Source: an uncultured Flavobacteriales bacterium (GTDB lineage: Bacteria > Bacteroidota > Bacteroidia > Flavobacteriales_D > Sanyastnellaceae). From it: a stretch of DNA of 64,000 nt. The position numbers were made by a program, and so were the translations under genes. The stretch covers positions 9,456 through 73,455 of the forward strand of contig CAJWII010000001.1 of NCBI GenBank assembly GCA_913041065.1, in the 5' to 3' direction. Below, one piece after another: positions 51,173-60,284 of the stretch. Positions within the stretch are counted from its first letter, which is position 1, and every line of letters begins with the position of its first letter. The notes under the pieces were generated by a model. The model ran no database searches. It was not told the origin of the DNA and saw only the letters and a program-made list of their open reading frames with translations.

Positions 51173-51919
51173 TCAGTCTTCGTCCAAATGGTAGTCCATG
51201 TCCTCCACGGGCATGGTCCTTGGCATCATCCGAAAGACATGATAACGCTGCTTCACGTATTGGATGAACTCGTATTGTGACCAACGTTTCAACTGCTCGT
51301 CCCCCGGGTCGCAGAACCGAGCGAACGATTCGAATTCCCAGGGCTCAAGATCCACAATGTCGTAGTCCACGTACTTGGTGAAAAGCTCCTGGAGCAAGGC
51401 CCGCCGGCGGTCGTCGTTTTCCAATTGCTCCACTTGGCGCTTGCTGATGGCCTGGCGGGAAAAGGCCTCGTACAAGAAGGTGATTGGGCTCTGCATCGCA
51501 TTCACACCCGACAGCCGAAAGTCCTCTTCGTTGTAGCCCAGTGCTTGGATGTCTCGCACAATTTCCTGGAGCGTCCGCGGGGCGATCACCTCGGCCGTGC
51601 CAACTTCCACCTGCAGCATCCTCAGTTTCACGTCAAGCCTGGAAGGCGAGTGGACCACTTTTTCCAGGCTGTGATACCCCACGGCGCCAAAGACCAACGT
51701 GTCTCCCGGTTGCACGCGCACCAAAAATTCCATGTCCTGGCCAATGAACTCCCCTGCACTGCTCCGGCGGTTGACCAGCATGGACGACGGAATCCAACGA
51801 TTGCCCTCACCGGACACCGAGCCAGATACGACCCAGGTGGTGTCTGACGATGTTTGCGCCCAACCGGAGCTGGCCCACACAAGCCACCCCACCATCACGG
51901 CCATGAATCCAAGACGCAT
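51173..51919 (-). CDS. carboxypeptidase-regulatory-like domain protein
   Basis: Signal peptide MRLGFMAVMVGWLVWASSGWAQ. CarboxypepD_reg-like block VSGSVSGEGNRWIPSSMLVNRR..GDTLVFGAVGY. Confidence 0.65.
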   Translation of the reverse strand: MRLGFMAVMVGWLVWASSGWAQTSSDTTWVVSGSVSGEGNRWIPSSMLVNRRSSAGEFIGQDMEFLVRVQPGDTLVFGAVGYHSLEKVVHSPSRLDVKLRMLQVEVGTAEVIAPRTLQEIVRDIQALGYNEEDFRLSGVNAMQSPITFLYEAFSRQAISKRQVEQLENDDRRRALLQELFTKYVDYDIVDLEPWEFESFARFCDPGDEQLKRWSQYEFIQYVKQRYHVFRMMPRTMPVEDMDYHLDED

Positions 51920-51979
51920 GTCCACAAAGTACGCGACTGCAGGGCTTCCCTCCCCCCTCCTTTCACGTATCTTCCGAAC

Positions 51980-53050
51980 GTGACCGACAAGGCCTCCTCT
52001 GACGCACGGGCGCGCGCCCGGAACCTGGCGAAGTCCTCCATCCATGGGGTTCCCTCATGGACGGCCGAATCCCTCGCTGCGGCGGTGTTGGCCGGCAAAC
52101 GCGATGCCCTCGCTCAAGCCATCACATGGGTGGAGAGCACGTTGCCTGAACACCAGGCGCGCAACGAAGAACTTCTTCGTCGGACCCACCGTTCAGATCG
52201 GGCGACCCAACGGCTTGGAATCACAGGCATTCCTGGCGCGGGCAAAAGCACCTTGATCGAGCAGCTCGGCATGGACGCCATCGACCGGGGTCACCGCGTG
52301 GCGGTGCTGGCGGTCGACCCGTCGTCCACACGCACAAAAGGCTCACTTCTTGGCGACAAAACCCGCATGCAGAGCCTCTCCATGCATCCAGACGCGTTCG
52401 TCAGACCCTCCTCCGCTTCAGGCACGTTGGGAGGGGTTACCCGGGCCACGTCTGAAGCGATTCAACTCTGCGAAGCGGCTGGGTTCGATCTGATTTTGGT
52501 GGAAACTGTCGGCGTTGGGCAAAGCGAAGTCACCGTCCGAGACATGGTCGACATCTTCGTACTCACTCTCATTGGCGGGGCCGGCGACGACGTCCAGGGC
52601 ATCAAGCGCGGGGTTGTTGAAATGTGCGACATCCTGCTTGTGCACAAGTGCGACGGCGACCGGGTCAAATCAAGCCAGCTCACGGCCGCCGCGTACTCCC
52701 AAGCCCTACACCTCTTGCCGATGCCACCCTCAGGCACCCCTGCCCAAGTGGTTCTGGCGTCCAGCCTGACAGGAGAAGGCATTGGCACCCTCTGGGACAA
52801 ACTCCTCGAACTCCGAGACACATGGACTGCCACTGGATGGTGGACCCGGCAGCGCGCCGCACAACGGCTCACAGCCATGCACCGGCACGCGAGACAACTC
52901 TTGGTTGAGCAACACATGCAAAGCAACCACGGCCTCTGGGAGCAGCAAGAAGAACGTGTGACCGCAGGAACCGAAGGGCCATTTTCAGCAGCCCGGCAGT
53001 GGGTGTCCAACGTGCTCCCCCCCCCCTCCGACAAGAACCAACCCTCGTAA
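51980..53050 (+). CDS. meaB: methylmalonyl-CoA-mutase-associated G3E GTPase MeaB/ArgK
   Basis: GITGIPGAGKSTLIE, AVLAVDPSSTRTKGSLLGDKTRM, ETVGVGQSE and HKCD. I infer a GTG start at 51980 because there is no in-frame ATG before the P-loop. Confidence 0.88.
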   Translation: MTDKASSDARARARNLAKSSIHGVPSWTAESLAAAVLAGKRDALAQAITWVESTLPEHQARNEELLRRTHRSDRATQRLGITGIPGAGKSTLIEQLGMDAIDRGHRVAVLAVDPSSTRTKGSLLGDKTRMQSLSMHPDAFVRPSSASGTLGGVTRATSEAIQLCEAAGFDLILVETVGVGQSEVTVRDMVDIFVLTLIGGAGDDVQGIKRGVVEMCDILLVHKCDGDRVKSSQLTAAAYSQALHLLPMPPSGTPAQVVLASSLTGEGIGTLWDKLLELRDTWTATGWWTRQRAAQRLTAMHRHARQLLVEQHMQSNHGLWEQQEERVTAGTEGPFSAARQWVSNVLPPPSDKNQPS

Positions 53051-53054
53051 AATC

Positions 53055-53600
53055 GTGATGTGGATCGCAAGTTTGACAGCTCTGGCGTTGGGGGGCTTAT
53101 GGTCTTGGTGGACCACCCACAAGACCGGTGCATCCGGCGACACCACTGTCCCTCGACCAAGCCAATTGGCGAGGTTGGAGCAGAGGTTTCTGCACGTTCG
53201 AGACGCCACCATGCGGCTCAACGAAACCGCGCTTCAACGCGAGAAACTGCAAGAACAGCAACAATCCTTGGAACAATTGAATCGCATCAAGGAAGGCGTT
53301 CAACTCCTGCTTGACGCGCTGGAACGCAACATGGAGCGTCACCAAGAATGCACCCCTGCGGAAGCGTTGATGTTGGAGCATCAGTTGGCCGACACCAGCA
53401 AGGTCTTGCGCGACGTCTTGGACTTGGAAAGGCATCCCCACCAGCCTTCAATCGACTGGATTCCCAAACTGAATCGCATCGAGGAAACCCTGTCCAAATA
53501 CGCGGAAATTAACCAACACCAATCAACTGACATTGAGCTTGATGCATTGGTTAATTTAGATCGTTTGTTTCAGTCAATAAAGCCCGCCGAGGAAGCCTGA
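53055..53600 (+). CDS. hypothetical membrane-anchored coiled-coil protein
   Basis: N-terminal TM helix (WIASLTALALGGLWSWW) followed by a Gln/Glu/Leu-rich heptad-like sequence. It starts 4 nt after meaB, and its 3' end overlaps hisS by 31 nt. Confidence 0.5.
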   Translation: MMWIASLTALALGGLWSWWTTHKTGASGDTTVPRPSQLARLEQRFLHVRDATMRLNETALQREKLQEQQQSLEQLNRIKEGVQLLLDALERNMERHQECTPAEALMLEHQLADTSKVLRDVLDLERHPHQPSIDWIPKLNRIEETLSKYAEINQHQSTDIELDALVNLDRLFQSIKPAEEA

Positions 53601-54967
53601 ATTTTGGCAATGGCTTCCGCCAACGGAAGCTGATCCTGGTGGCCTTCCGCCATATCCTTCAAGGAGACCACGCCCGAGGCGCGCTCGTCCTCCCCGAGGA
53701 CCATCACCCAGCGCACACCGCGGTCGTTGGCGTACTTGAATTGCTTCTTGAACTTGGCGGAGTCTGGGTAAAGTTCACTGGACAACCCGGCCTGGCGACA
53801 CGCTTGTGCGGCGGCCAGTTCAGCCTTCACGTCACCCGATTCCATCTGGGCGACCATCACGTCGAGGCCGACGTTGGACAAGGCAGGCCAACCGTCCACG
53901 TGGTTGAGCACATCTTCAATCCGGTCCGCCCCAAAGCTCACCCCAACGCCACTTACCCCCTTCCAACCGAAGATGCCCGTCAAGTCGGCGTATCTGCCTC
54001 CCCCACAAATGCTGCCCACAGGGGCGCCTTCCACCACCACCTCGAAGATGGCCCCGGTGTAATAGTCGAGCCCTCGTGCAAGCAGTGGGTCCACATGAAG
54101 GTTTCTTTCAGGCACGCCAGCCCGCTTGGCCCGACACACCAGATCCTCCAATTCTTGCAGGGCTTGAGTGGCGTTTTCCCCTGCTCCGAGCAGCTCAGCC
54201 ATCTGACCCAACGCAGCATGGGCGTCGGACGCCTTGCGAATGTCCAAGAGGTTCTCAATCATGGCCATGGCAGAACCAGGAATGCCGCGGGACTCGAATT
54301 CCCTGGCCACCCCTTCCAATCCCACCTTGTCGAGCTTGTCCACGGCAACCGTCCAATCTGTGAACGAGGACGCAGGCACGCCGCTGACTTCCGACAAGGC
54401 TTGCAGGATGCGGCGGTCGTTGATGGCAATTCGGAAACCGGGCACGCCGAGCGCAGACAGGCCTTCGTGGAAGATTTGCACCAGCTCGAGCTCCGCCAGC
54501 GTGCTTTCCGTGCCAATGATGTCGCAATCGCACTGGGTGAATTCCTGGTAGCGCCCTTTGCCAGGTCGGTCTCCCCGCCATACGTTTTGGATTTGGTATC
54601 GCTTGAATGGGAACGTCAACTCGTTGCGCTGCATGACCACGAACCGGGCGAAGGGCACCGTGAGGTCGTAGCGCAAGGCCTTCTTGGAGATGGACGCGGT
54701 CAGGGCTTTGCTGTTCTTGGAGGCCAAGAGTCCCTCGTCCGCTTTGGCGAGGTAATCTCCGTTGTTGAGGATCTTGAAAATGAGCTGGTCTCCTTCCTCT
54801 CCATACTTCCCCGTGAGCGTCGACAAGTTCTCGAATGACGGGGTTTGGATGGGCACGAATCCGTGCTTCTCAAACACCCCTCGCAAAGTGTCAAACAACC
54901 ATTGCCGGCGCGCCATGGCGGTCGGCCCAAAATCGCGTGTCCCCTTGGGGATGGAAGGCTTGCTCAT
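53570..54967 (-). CDS. hisS: histidine--tRNA ligase
   Basis: FKRYQIQNVWRGDRPGKGRYQEFTQCDCDIIG and class II aaRS motifs. 465 aa. Confidence 0.96.
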   Translation of the reverse strand: MSKPSIPKGTRDFGPTAMARRQWLFDTLRGVFEKHGFVPIQTPSFENLSTLTGKYGEEGDQLIFKILNNGDYLAKADEGLLASKNSKALTASISKKALRYDLTVPFARFVVMQRNELTFPFKRYQIQNVWRGDRPGKGRYQEFTQCDCDIIGTESTLAELELVQIFHEGLSALGVPGFRIAINDRRILQALSEVSGVPASSFTDWTVAVDKLDKVGLEGVAREFESRGIPGSAMAMIENLLDIRKASDAHAALGQMAELLGAGENATQALQELEDLVCRAKRAGVPERNLHVDPLLARGLDYYTGAIFEVVVEGAPVGSICGGGRYADLTGIFGWKGVSGVGVSFGADRIEDVLNHVDGWPALSNVGLDVMVAQMESGDVKAELAAAQACRQAGLSSELYPDSAKFKKQFKYANDRGVRWVMVLGEDERASGVVSLKDMAEGHQDQLPLAEAIAKIQASSAGFID

Positions 54968-55099
54968 CGGGGATAAAAATAACTGAGGCCGCTCAGCGCT
55001 TCAGCCGGCGGCGGTACTGAATGAACAAGGTGACAATCAAGACCGCGGTTAGAATCCAAATGACTTGCATGGTCGCAACATACAAACCAATTTCGCGGC

Positions 55100-55978
55100 A
55101 TGGGGCGAATGGAGGCAATTCAAGTTTGGCGTGGACATCAAGGGGCCGTTTACGACCTCACATGGGATGTCGAGCGGCACGTTTGGCTCTCCGCTGGAGG
55201 CGACGGCGTGGTGGCCGCATGGACCCCTGGAGAAGAGCACGGCTCGGCCGTGTTTCAGCATGCTTCGCCGTTTTACGCTGTCTCCAAGTGGGGAGGTGCG
55301 ACGGTCGGAGGCAGCTCCGACGGCAGCTTGTTCACGGCCGAAGGGGCGGAAGTGAGGCAGTTCGACGTGCACCAAGCACCGGTGCTGGCCCTGGGGACCA
55401 CGCAAATTGGACTTCACGCCTCCGGCGACGCCCACGGAGTGGTGTGCCTTTGGGCGGCGGAAGGTGGCCGGTTGGACATGCAACACGCTTGGCCCACGTC
55501 GTTCGGAAAAATCAGGCACATTGCATCCCACCCCGACGGCCTCATGCTCGCCACAGGGTCGGGCCAAGTCGTGGTCATGGCGGACGACGGCAAAGTGGTT
55601 TCAACCGTCCAGGCGCATGCTCGAAGCGCCTATTGGGCAGGCGTTCATCCGACCAAGCCTGTCACATTGAGCACCGGGCAGGACGGCGAACTGGTCGCCC
55701 ACGACGGCCAACAGGAGGTGCTGCGCATGCCTGTGCACAAATCGGCCGTGTACCGCGCACGGATGCATGGGAATCACCTTTGGACTGCAGGCCGGGACCA
55801 CGACGTGAAAGCCTGGGACTTGAATTCCTTCGAAGCCGTCCACAAGCTGCAGACGCCGCACACACGGTCGGTCAACGCCCTGGCGATGGGTGGCGTCGAT
55901 GGAACGCATGTGGCCACCGGAGGAGACGACAGGTCCATTAAGGTCTGGCACGCCAGCCTGGACGACACTCACCACTGA
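55100..55978 (+). CDS. WD40-repeat beta-propeller protein
   Basis: Repeated GH..V..L / D..V..W units (HQGAVYDLTW, GGDGVVAAW, SGDAHGVVCLW, GRDHDVKAW, GGDDRSIKVW). The start could be 55109. Confidence 0.75.
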   Translation: MGRMEAIQVWRGHQGAVYDLTWDVERHVWLSAGGDGVVAAWTPGEEHGSAVFQHASPFYAVSKWGGATVGGSSDGSLFTAEGAEVRQFDVHQAPVLALGTTQIGLHASGDAHGVVCLWAAEGGRLDMQHAWPTSFGKIRHIASHPDGLMLATGSGQVVVMADDGKVVSTVQAHARSAYWAGVHPTKPVTLSTGQDGELVAHDGQQEVLRMPVHKSAVYRARMHGNHLWTAGRDHDVKAWDLNSFEAVHKLQTPHTRSVNALAMGGVDGTHVATGGDDRSIKVWHASLDDTHH

Positions 55979-56655
55979 ATGGGCGCACCTCCCCAGGACT
56001 GAAGCGCGGCGTTCACTTGGCTGAACGGGCGGCTTCCAAAAAATCCGCGGTACGCCGACAACGGACTCGGGTGAGGGGACCGCAAACACACGTCCTCTGC
56101 CCTGTTGCCTTCGAGCCGGACCAACACCGCTCGGTGAACCCGCTCGGCTGAATTGCCCCAGAGCACCCATACAAGGCGCGGCTGAACGGCGCACAACGAG
56201 GCCAACGCATGAACCACCGCGCTCTCCCACCCCAGGTTTTGGTGTTTCCCAGCCGCCCCAGCTTCGGTCGTCAACGCGGAGTTGAGGAGCAACACCCCTT
56301 GCCCTGCCCAATCCGAGAGATCTGCAGGACGGTCCGCAGGCAAGCCCAGGTCTTCGCTGCGTTCTTTGAACATGTTTCTCAGCGAGGGCGGCCATGGCAG
56401 CAAAGGATCTTTCACACTGAACGCCAAACCATGGGCTTGGCGTGGGCCGTGGTACGGGTCTTGACCGAGGACCACCACACGAACCTCGTGGGGAGGCGTC
56501 AAGTGCAAGGCGCGCCAGAGTTCGGGGAGTTCGGGACAAAGGCGATGCCTTTTGGATGCCTCCTGCACGGCATGGATCAATTCCCGCTCTAGGCCCTTCG
56601 CACGCTCTGGGGAAACGCACCACGTCGGCCAATGTGCTTGCCATGCTTCGGGCAT
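55969..56655 (-). CDS. ung: uracil-DNA glycosylase (family 1)
   Basis: VVVLGQDPYHGPRQAHGLAFSV, LLLNSALT and HPSPLSA motifs. I chose the ATG at 56655 (228 aa). The longer ORF up to 56808 is unlikely to be coding. Confidence 0.9.
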   Translation of the reverse strand: MPEAWQAHWPTWCVSPERAKGLERELIHAVQEASKRHRLCPELPELWRALHLTPPHEVRVVVLGQDPYHGPRQAHGLAFSVKDPLLPWPPSLRNMFKERSEDLGLPADRPADLSDWAGQGVLLLNSALTTEAGAAGKHQNLGWESAVVHALASLCAVQPRLVWVLWGNSAERVHRAVLVRLEGNRAEDVCLRSPHPSPLSAYRGFFGSRPFSQVNAALQSWGGAPIQW

Positions 56656-56757
56656 GACCGGCCATGAACGGACGCTGGATTTTGACGAATCAGGCATGGG
56701 TGTGGAAAAAGTTCCTGGACTTTTCGAGCAGGCACTTTCAATGGGACAATCTAGGGG

Positions 56758-56765
56758 GTATTTTT
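56758..56765 (+). promoter_or_regulatory. -7 promoter box TATTTTTG upstream of the helicase gene
   Basis: Exact TAnnTTTG match, 18 nt before the ATG at 56784. Confidence 0.5.
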
Positions 56766-56783
56766 GCGCTTTCCCACTTGAAA

Positions 56784-58331
56784 ATGACCTCACAAGAAGC
56801 CCTTCCAATTGACCCCAAGATTGCGAACCGCATGCGGGACAAAAAAGGCAAGGAGCTTTATGGGTATCAAGTCCAGGCGATCAACAACATCCTGTCGCGC
56901 CTCCAAAAATTCCCGGAAGGATACAACCTGCTCTACCAGCTTCCCACAGGAGGCGGCAAGACGGTCATCTTCTCGGAACTCGCCAAGAGGTACATCTTGG
57001 AGACGGGCAAGCGCGTACTCATCTTGACCCACCGCATCGAATTGTTGGGCCAAACCTCGGCGATGCTGACCGAAATCGGGGTGCCCAACAAAATCATCAA
57101 CAGCAAGGTCAAGGAACTCGACGACAGCGGCGACCACTGGTGCTTTGTGGCCATGGTGGAAACGTTGAACAACCGCCTCAACGACGAGCGGATTGGGTTC
57201 GAAGATTTGGGGCTTGTGGTGGTCGACGAAGCCCATTACAACAGCTTTCGCAAGCTCTTCAAGCACTTCAGCAAGCAAGTGTTGCTGGGCGTCACGGCCA
57301 CGCCGTTGTCGAGCAACATCAAATTGCCTTTGCACGACAACTACGCCGAGTTGATCGTGGGCGAATCCATCGGCAACCTGGTTGAAGACGGCTTCTTGGC
57401 GAGGGCAAAGACGTACAGCTACGACGTGAATCTGCGCGCGCTGAAAGTGGGCATCAATGGAGATTACACCGTCAGCTCCTCGGAGCGCTTGTACGGCAAT
57501 TTCCTGATGCAAGAGAAGCTGCTCTACGCTTACGAGGAAAAGGCCAAGGGCACCAAAACGCTCATCTTCAACAATGGCATCAACACCTCCAAGCAGGTGC
57601 AAGCGATGTTCGAGGAAGAGGGCTATCCGTGCATGCACCTCGACAACACGCACAGCGAGAAGGAGCGTCAGGACATTCTGGAATGGTTCCACAAGACCCC
57701 GGACGCGGTCTTGTCTTCGGTGTCCATTCTGACCACGGGGTTTGATGAACCCACCGTGGAGACCATCATCCTGAACCGGGCGACCAAATCCCTCACCCTT
57801 TATCACCAAATGATCGGCCGAGGTTCTCGGGTTCTGAAAAACAAAAAGAATTTCACGGTAATTGATTTGGGGAACAACGCTCGCCGTTTTGGCTTGTGGG
57901 ATGCCCACATCAACTGGCACGACATCTTCAAATCGCCCCAGTCCTACATCGATGGGCTCTACTCGGACGAAGAAATCGAAGAGGAGTTCGTGTACCAAAT
58001 GCCCGAGGAACTCGCCGTAAAATTCAAGGGCGGCCCCATCACGACCTTCGACATGGCCGAAGCCTACGTGGAAGTGACGCGTCAAGCCCTTCGCCCCAAA
58101 GAGGCCATCAAGCGCAGCATCGACCAGCACATGGCCATGATCCAACACGCGTCAGAGGACTACTGGGACGCCGCAGAGCTTGTGGATTTGCTCGCCGACG
58201 ACATCAAGTTCCGAGTGAAGCAGTACGCCAAGTGCATTGCCAAGGCGACCACCAATTACAAGAATTGGTTGGAGGAGGAGTACACGCGCAACCTGAAAAC
58301 GGCCTTGCGCCACGCCTTCAACGACAACTGA
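56784..58331 (+). CDS. SF2 DEAD/DEAH-box helicase (SSL2/ResIII-like)
   Basis: Motif I is PTGGGKT, motif II is VVDEAHY, motif III is TATP, and motif VI is QMIGRGSR. It carries a roughly 130-aa C-terminal extension of unknown function. Confidence 0.85.
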   Translation: MTSQEALPIDPKIANRMRDKKGKELYGYQVQAINNILSRLQKFPEGYNLLYQLPTGGGKTVIFSELAKRYILETGKRVLILTHRIELLGQTSAMLTEIGVPNKIINSKVKELDDSGDHWCFVAMVETLNNRLNDERIGFEDLGLVVVDEAHYNSFRKLFKHFSKQVLLGVTATPLSSNIKLPLHDNYAELIVGESIGNLVEDGFLARAKTYSYDVNLRALKVGINGDYTVSSSERLYGNFLMQEKLLYAYEEKAKGTKTLIFNNGINTSKQVQAMFEEEGYPCMHLDNTHSEKERQDILEWFHKTPDAVLSSVSILTTGFDEPTVETIILNRATKSLTLYHQMIGRGSRVLKNKKNFTVIDLGNNARRFGLWDAHINWHDIFKSPQSYIDGLYSDEEIEEEFVYQMPEELAVKFKGGPITTFDMAEAYVEVTRQALRPKEAIKRSIDQHMAMIQHASEDYWDAAELVDLLADDIKFRVKQYAKCIAKATTNYKNWLEEEYTRNLKTALRHAFNDN

Positions 58332-58415
58332 CATTTGTCCATCCTGGGGCGACGTTCACAAACTGAGCCGCTTCAAAAGTTTCGCACTTGCGTCCTTCCC
58401 CCTACCTTCCAAGGC

Positions 58416-59276
58416 ATGCTGGACGGCATGGTTGTGGTTTTCTCCTTTGCGGCAGGCTGGGCGCTGATGCGTTGGGTGCTCGAGCGGCGGCGGAGCCGTG
58501 CGTCCCCCACCATTTCCTCGGCTTCTGTGCCAGAATGGTTGGAACGGCACCAGCTCTTGCACATGCAATCGCATCTGGCCGCGCAACACCACCACGTCAA
58601 GGCACGCCGACAGGATGCGGAACGCAAGAGGCTCCACCTTCACCTCAGCCCGCACTTCATGTTCAACGCCTTGACCTCGGTGCATTGGTTGGCGGCAGAA
58701 GGGAGATGGAAAGAGGCGCTTCACACGTATGTGGCGTTCAAAGGCCTTTGGCACAAGCACTGGAATGTCCAAGAGTCTCCTGTCCATTCCCTCCAGGACG
58801 AGCTGGAAACCCTGGAGGCCTGTGTCGTCCTCGAATCCACACGCCTAGGCCGGGCCGTCACGTTCACGAACTGCATGCATCCCGCCATCCCAGCATGTGC
58901 ACAAATTCCTGCCTTGCTGCTTCAACCGGCTTTGGAAAACGCCTTGTGGCACGGATTTGACGGCAGCGTGGAGGCGCCTCAAGTTCGACTCGAGGCCACC
59001 CCCATGGAAGGAACGCAAGGGTGGGTGGTCTTGACGCTGCTGGACAACGGCGTGGGCCTCGGCGCTGGCACAGACGACGGAGCTTCAGAAGGTCTTCAAC
59101 TCGTTCGCGAGAAGGTCCAAACGGTGGCTGAAAACGCCGATGTACATTTGGGGGCGGCGGCTTCCCCGTGGTCGACGGTGGCGCGCATCACACTTCCTCT
59201 GACACTGCCAAAGAGCGCAACTGCGGCAGGCGCGGCGACGGCGCAGCGCCAAGACTTCCTTGAAGCCCATCCCTGA
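58416..59276 (+). CDS. LytS/YehU-type sensor histidine kinase (single TM helix)
   Basis: His_kinase motif LSPHFMFNALTS and HATPase N-box PALLLQPALENALWHG. No response regulator lies adjacent. Confidence 0.75.
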   Translation: MLDGMVVVFSFAAGWALMRWVLERRRSRASPTISSASVPEWLERHQLLHMQSHLAAQHHHVKARRQDAERKRLHLHLSPHFMFNALTSVHWLAAEGRWKEALHTYVAFKGLWHKHWNVQESPVHSLQDELETLEACVVLESTRLGRAVTFTNCMHPAIPACAQIPALLLQPALENALWHGFDGSVEAPQVRLEATPMEGTQGWVVLTLLDNGVGLGAGTDDGASEGLQLVREKVQTVAENADVHLGAAASPWSTVARITLPLTLPKSATAAGAATAQRQDFLEAHP

Positions 59277-60237
59277 AATCAAGCCACCCCACAGCCGCAA
59301 CCATGGCGGCGTTGTCGGTGCAATAGGCAAATGGCGGCACGTACACGTTCCACCCATGGGTTTCCGCAAGCCCGGCGAGCCTGACCCGCAGGCCTGAATT
59401 GGCACTGACCCCACCGGCGATGGCCACCTCTTGGATGCCCAACTGGATCACTGCGTCCATCAAAGGGGCACACAACATGTCCAGGATGGCGGCCTGGACT
59501 GAGGCGCAGATGTCCGCTTTGCGGCGCTCCACAAACGTGGGGTCAGCCGCCTGCTCTCGCTTCAAAAAATGAAGCACCTGGGTTTTCAATCCGCTGAAGC
59601 TCCAATTGAACCCTTCCATACGGGGGCGCGAAAAGGCAAAGGCCTCGGGGTCCCCTTTTTGGGCAAGGCGATCGACGATGGGGCCGCCGGGATAGGGCAA
59701 GCCCATCAATTTGGCCACCTTGTCGAAGGCTTCACCTGCGGCGTCATCAAGGGTTTGGCCCAACACCTCCATGTCCCCTGGGGCGTTGACTTTCACCAAT
59801 TGGGTGTGTCCGCCACTCACCGTCAAGCATAGAAACGGGTAGGCTGGCGAGGGCTCTGGCTCCAACACGTGAGCCAGCACGTGGGCCCGCATGTGGTGCA
59901 CAGGAATCGACGGCACGCCCAGCGCCCAAGCGAACGCCTTGGCGAACGACGTTCCCACGTGGAGTGAGCCTTGAAGGCCTGGACCCAAGGTGTACGCCAC
60001 CGCATCCAATTCATGGGCTTTCACCACGGCCTTGTCCAACGCGGCTTGCACCACAGGATGGATTTTCTCGAGGTGCGCCCTCGATGCCCATTCTGGCACG
60101 ACGCCCCCAACTTCCGAGTGGAGCGCTTGATTGGCCACGACATTGCTGAGCACCTGCGGCCCACGAATCACTGCTGCCGACGTGTCGTCGCAAGAAGACT
60201 CGATGCCCAGAATCAAAGGTTCGTTCGCATGTGTCAT
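59188..60237 (-). CDS. tsaD: tRNA N6-adenosine threonylcarbamoyltransferase
   Basis: ILGIESSCDDTSAAV, PVHHMRAH, GGHTQL and GGVSANS motifs. The 3' end overlaps the kinase gene by 89 nt. Confidence 0.95.
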   Translation of the reverse strand: MTHANEPLILGIESSCDDTSAAVIRGPQVLSNVVANQALHSEVGGVVPEWASRAHLEKIHPVVQAALDKAVVKAHELDAVAYTLGPGLQGSLHVGTSFAKAFAWALGVPSIPVHHMRAHVLAHVLEPEPSPAYPFLCLTVSGGHTQLVKVNAPGDMEVLGQTLDDAAGEAFDKVAKLMGLPYPGGPIVDRLAQKGDPEAFAFSRPRMEGFNWSFSGLKTQVLHFLKREQAADPTFVERRKADICASVQAAILDMLCAPLMDAVIQLGIQEVAIAGGVSANSGLRVRLAGLAETHGWNVYVPPFAYCTDNAAMVAAVGWLDFRDGLQGSLGAAPSPRLPQLRSLAVSEEV

Positions 60238-60245
60238 GACGGGTT

Positions 60246-60253
60246 CAAAATTA
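60246..60253 (-). promoter_or_regulatory. -7 promoter box TAATTTTG upstream of tsaD
   Basis: Exact TAnnTTTG match on the minus strand, 8 nt before the tsaD ATG. Confidence 0.45.
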
Positions 60254-60284
60254 CGGCGCGGTTTCTGCAGAAGCTATCTTCGAC

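Noticed and set aside
55021-55941. 306-aa plus-strand ORF and the 354-aa minus-strand ORF 55601..56665
   Set aside because: They overlap the WD40 gene and ung in other frames. Their extreme Arg/Gly/Pro content is typical of high-GC off-frame ORFs.
56784-59276. Helicase plus GHKL kinase as a novel defence system
   Set aside because: Both look like ordinary conserved families. There is no nuclease, methylase, toxin or mobile-element context, and the neighbours are housekeeping genes. It is reported only as a low-interest note.
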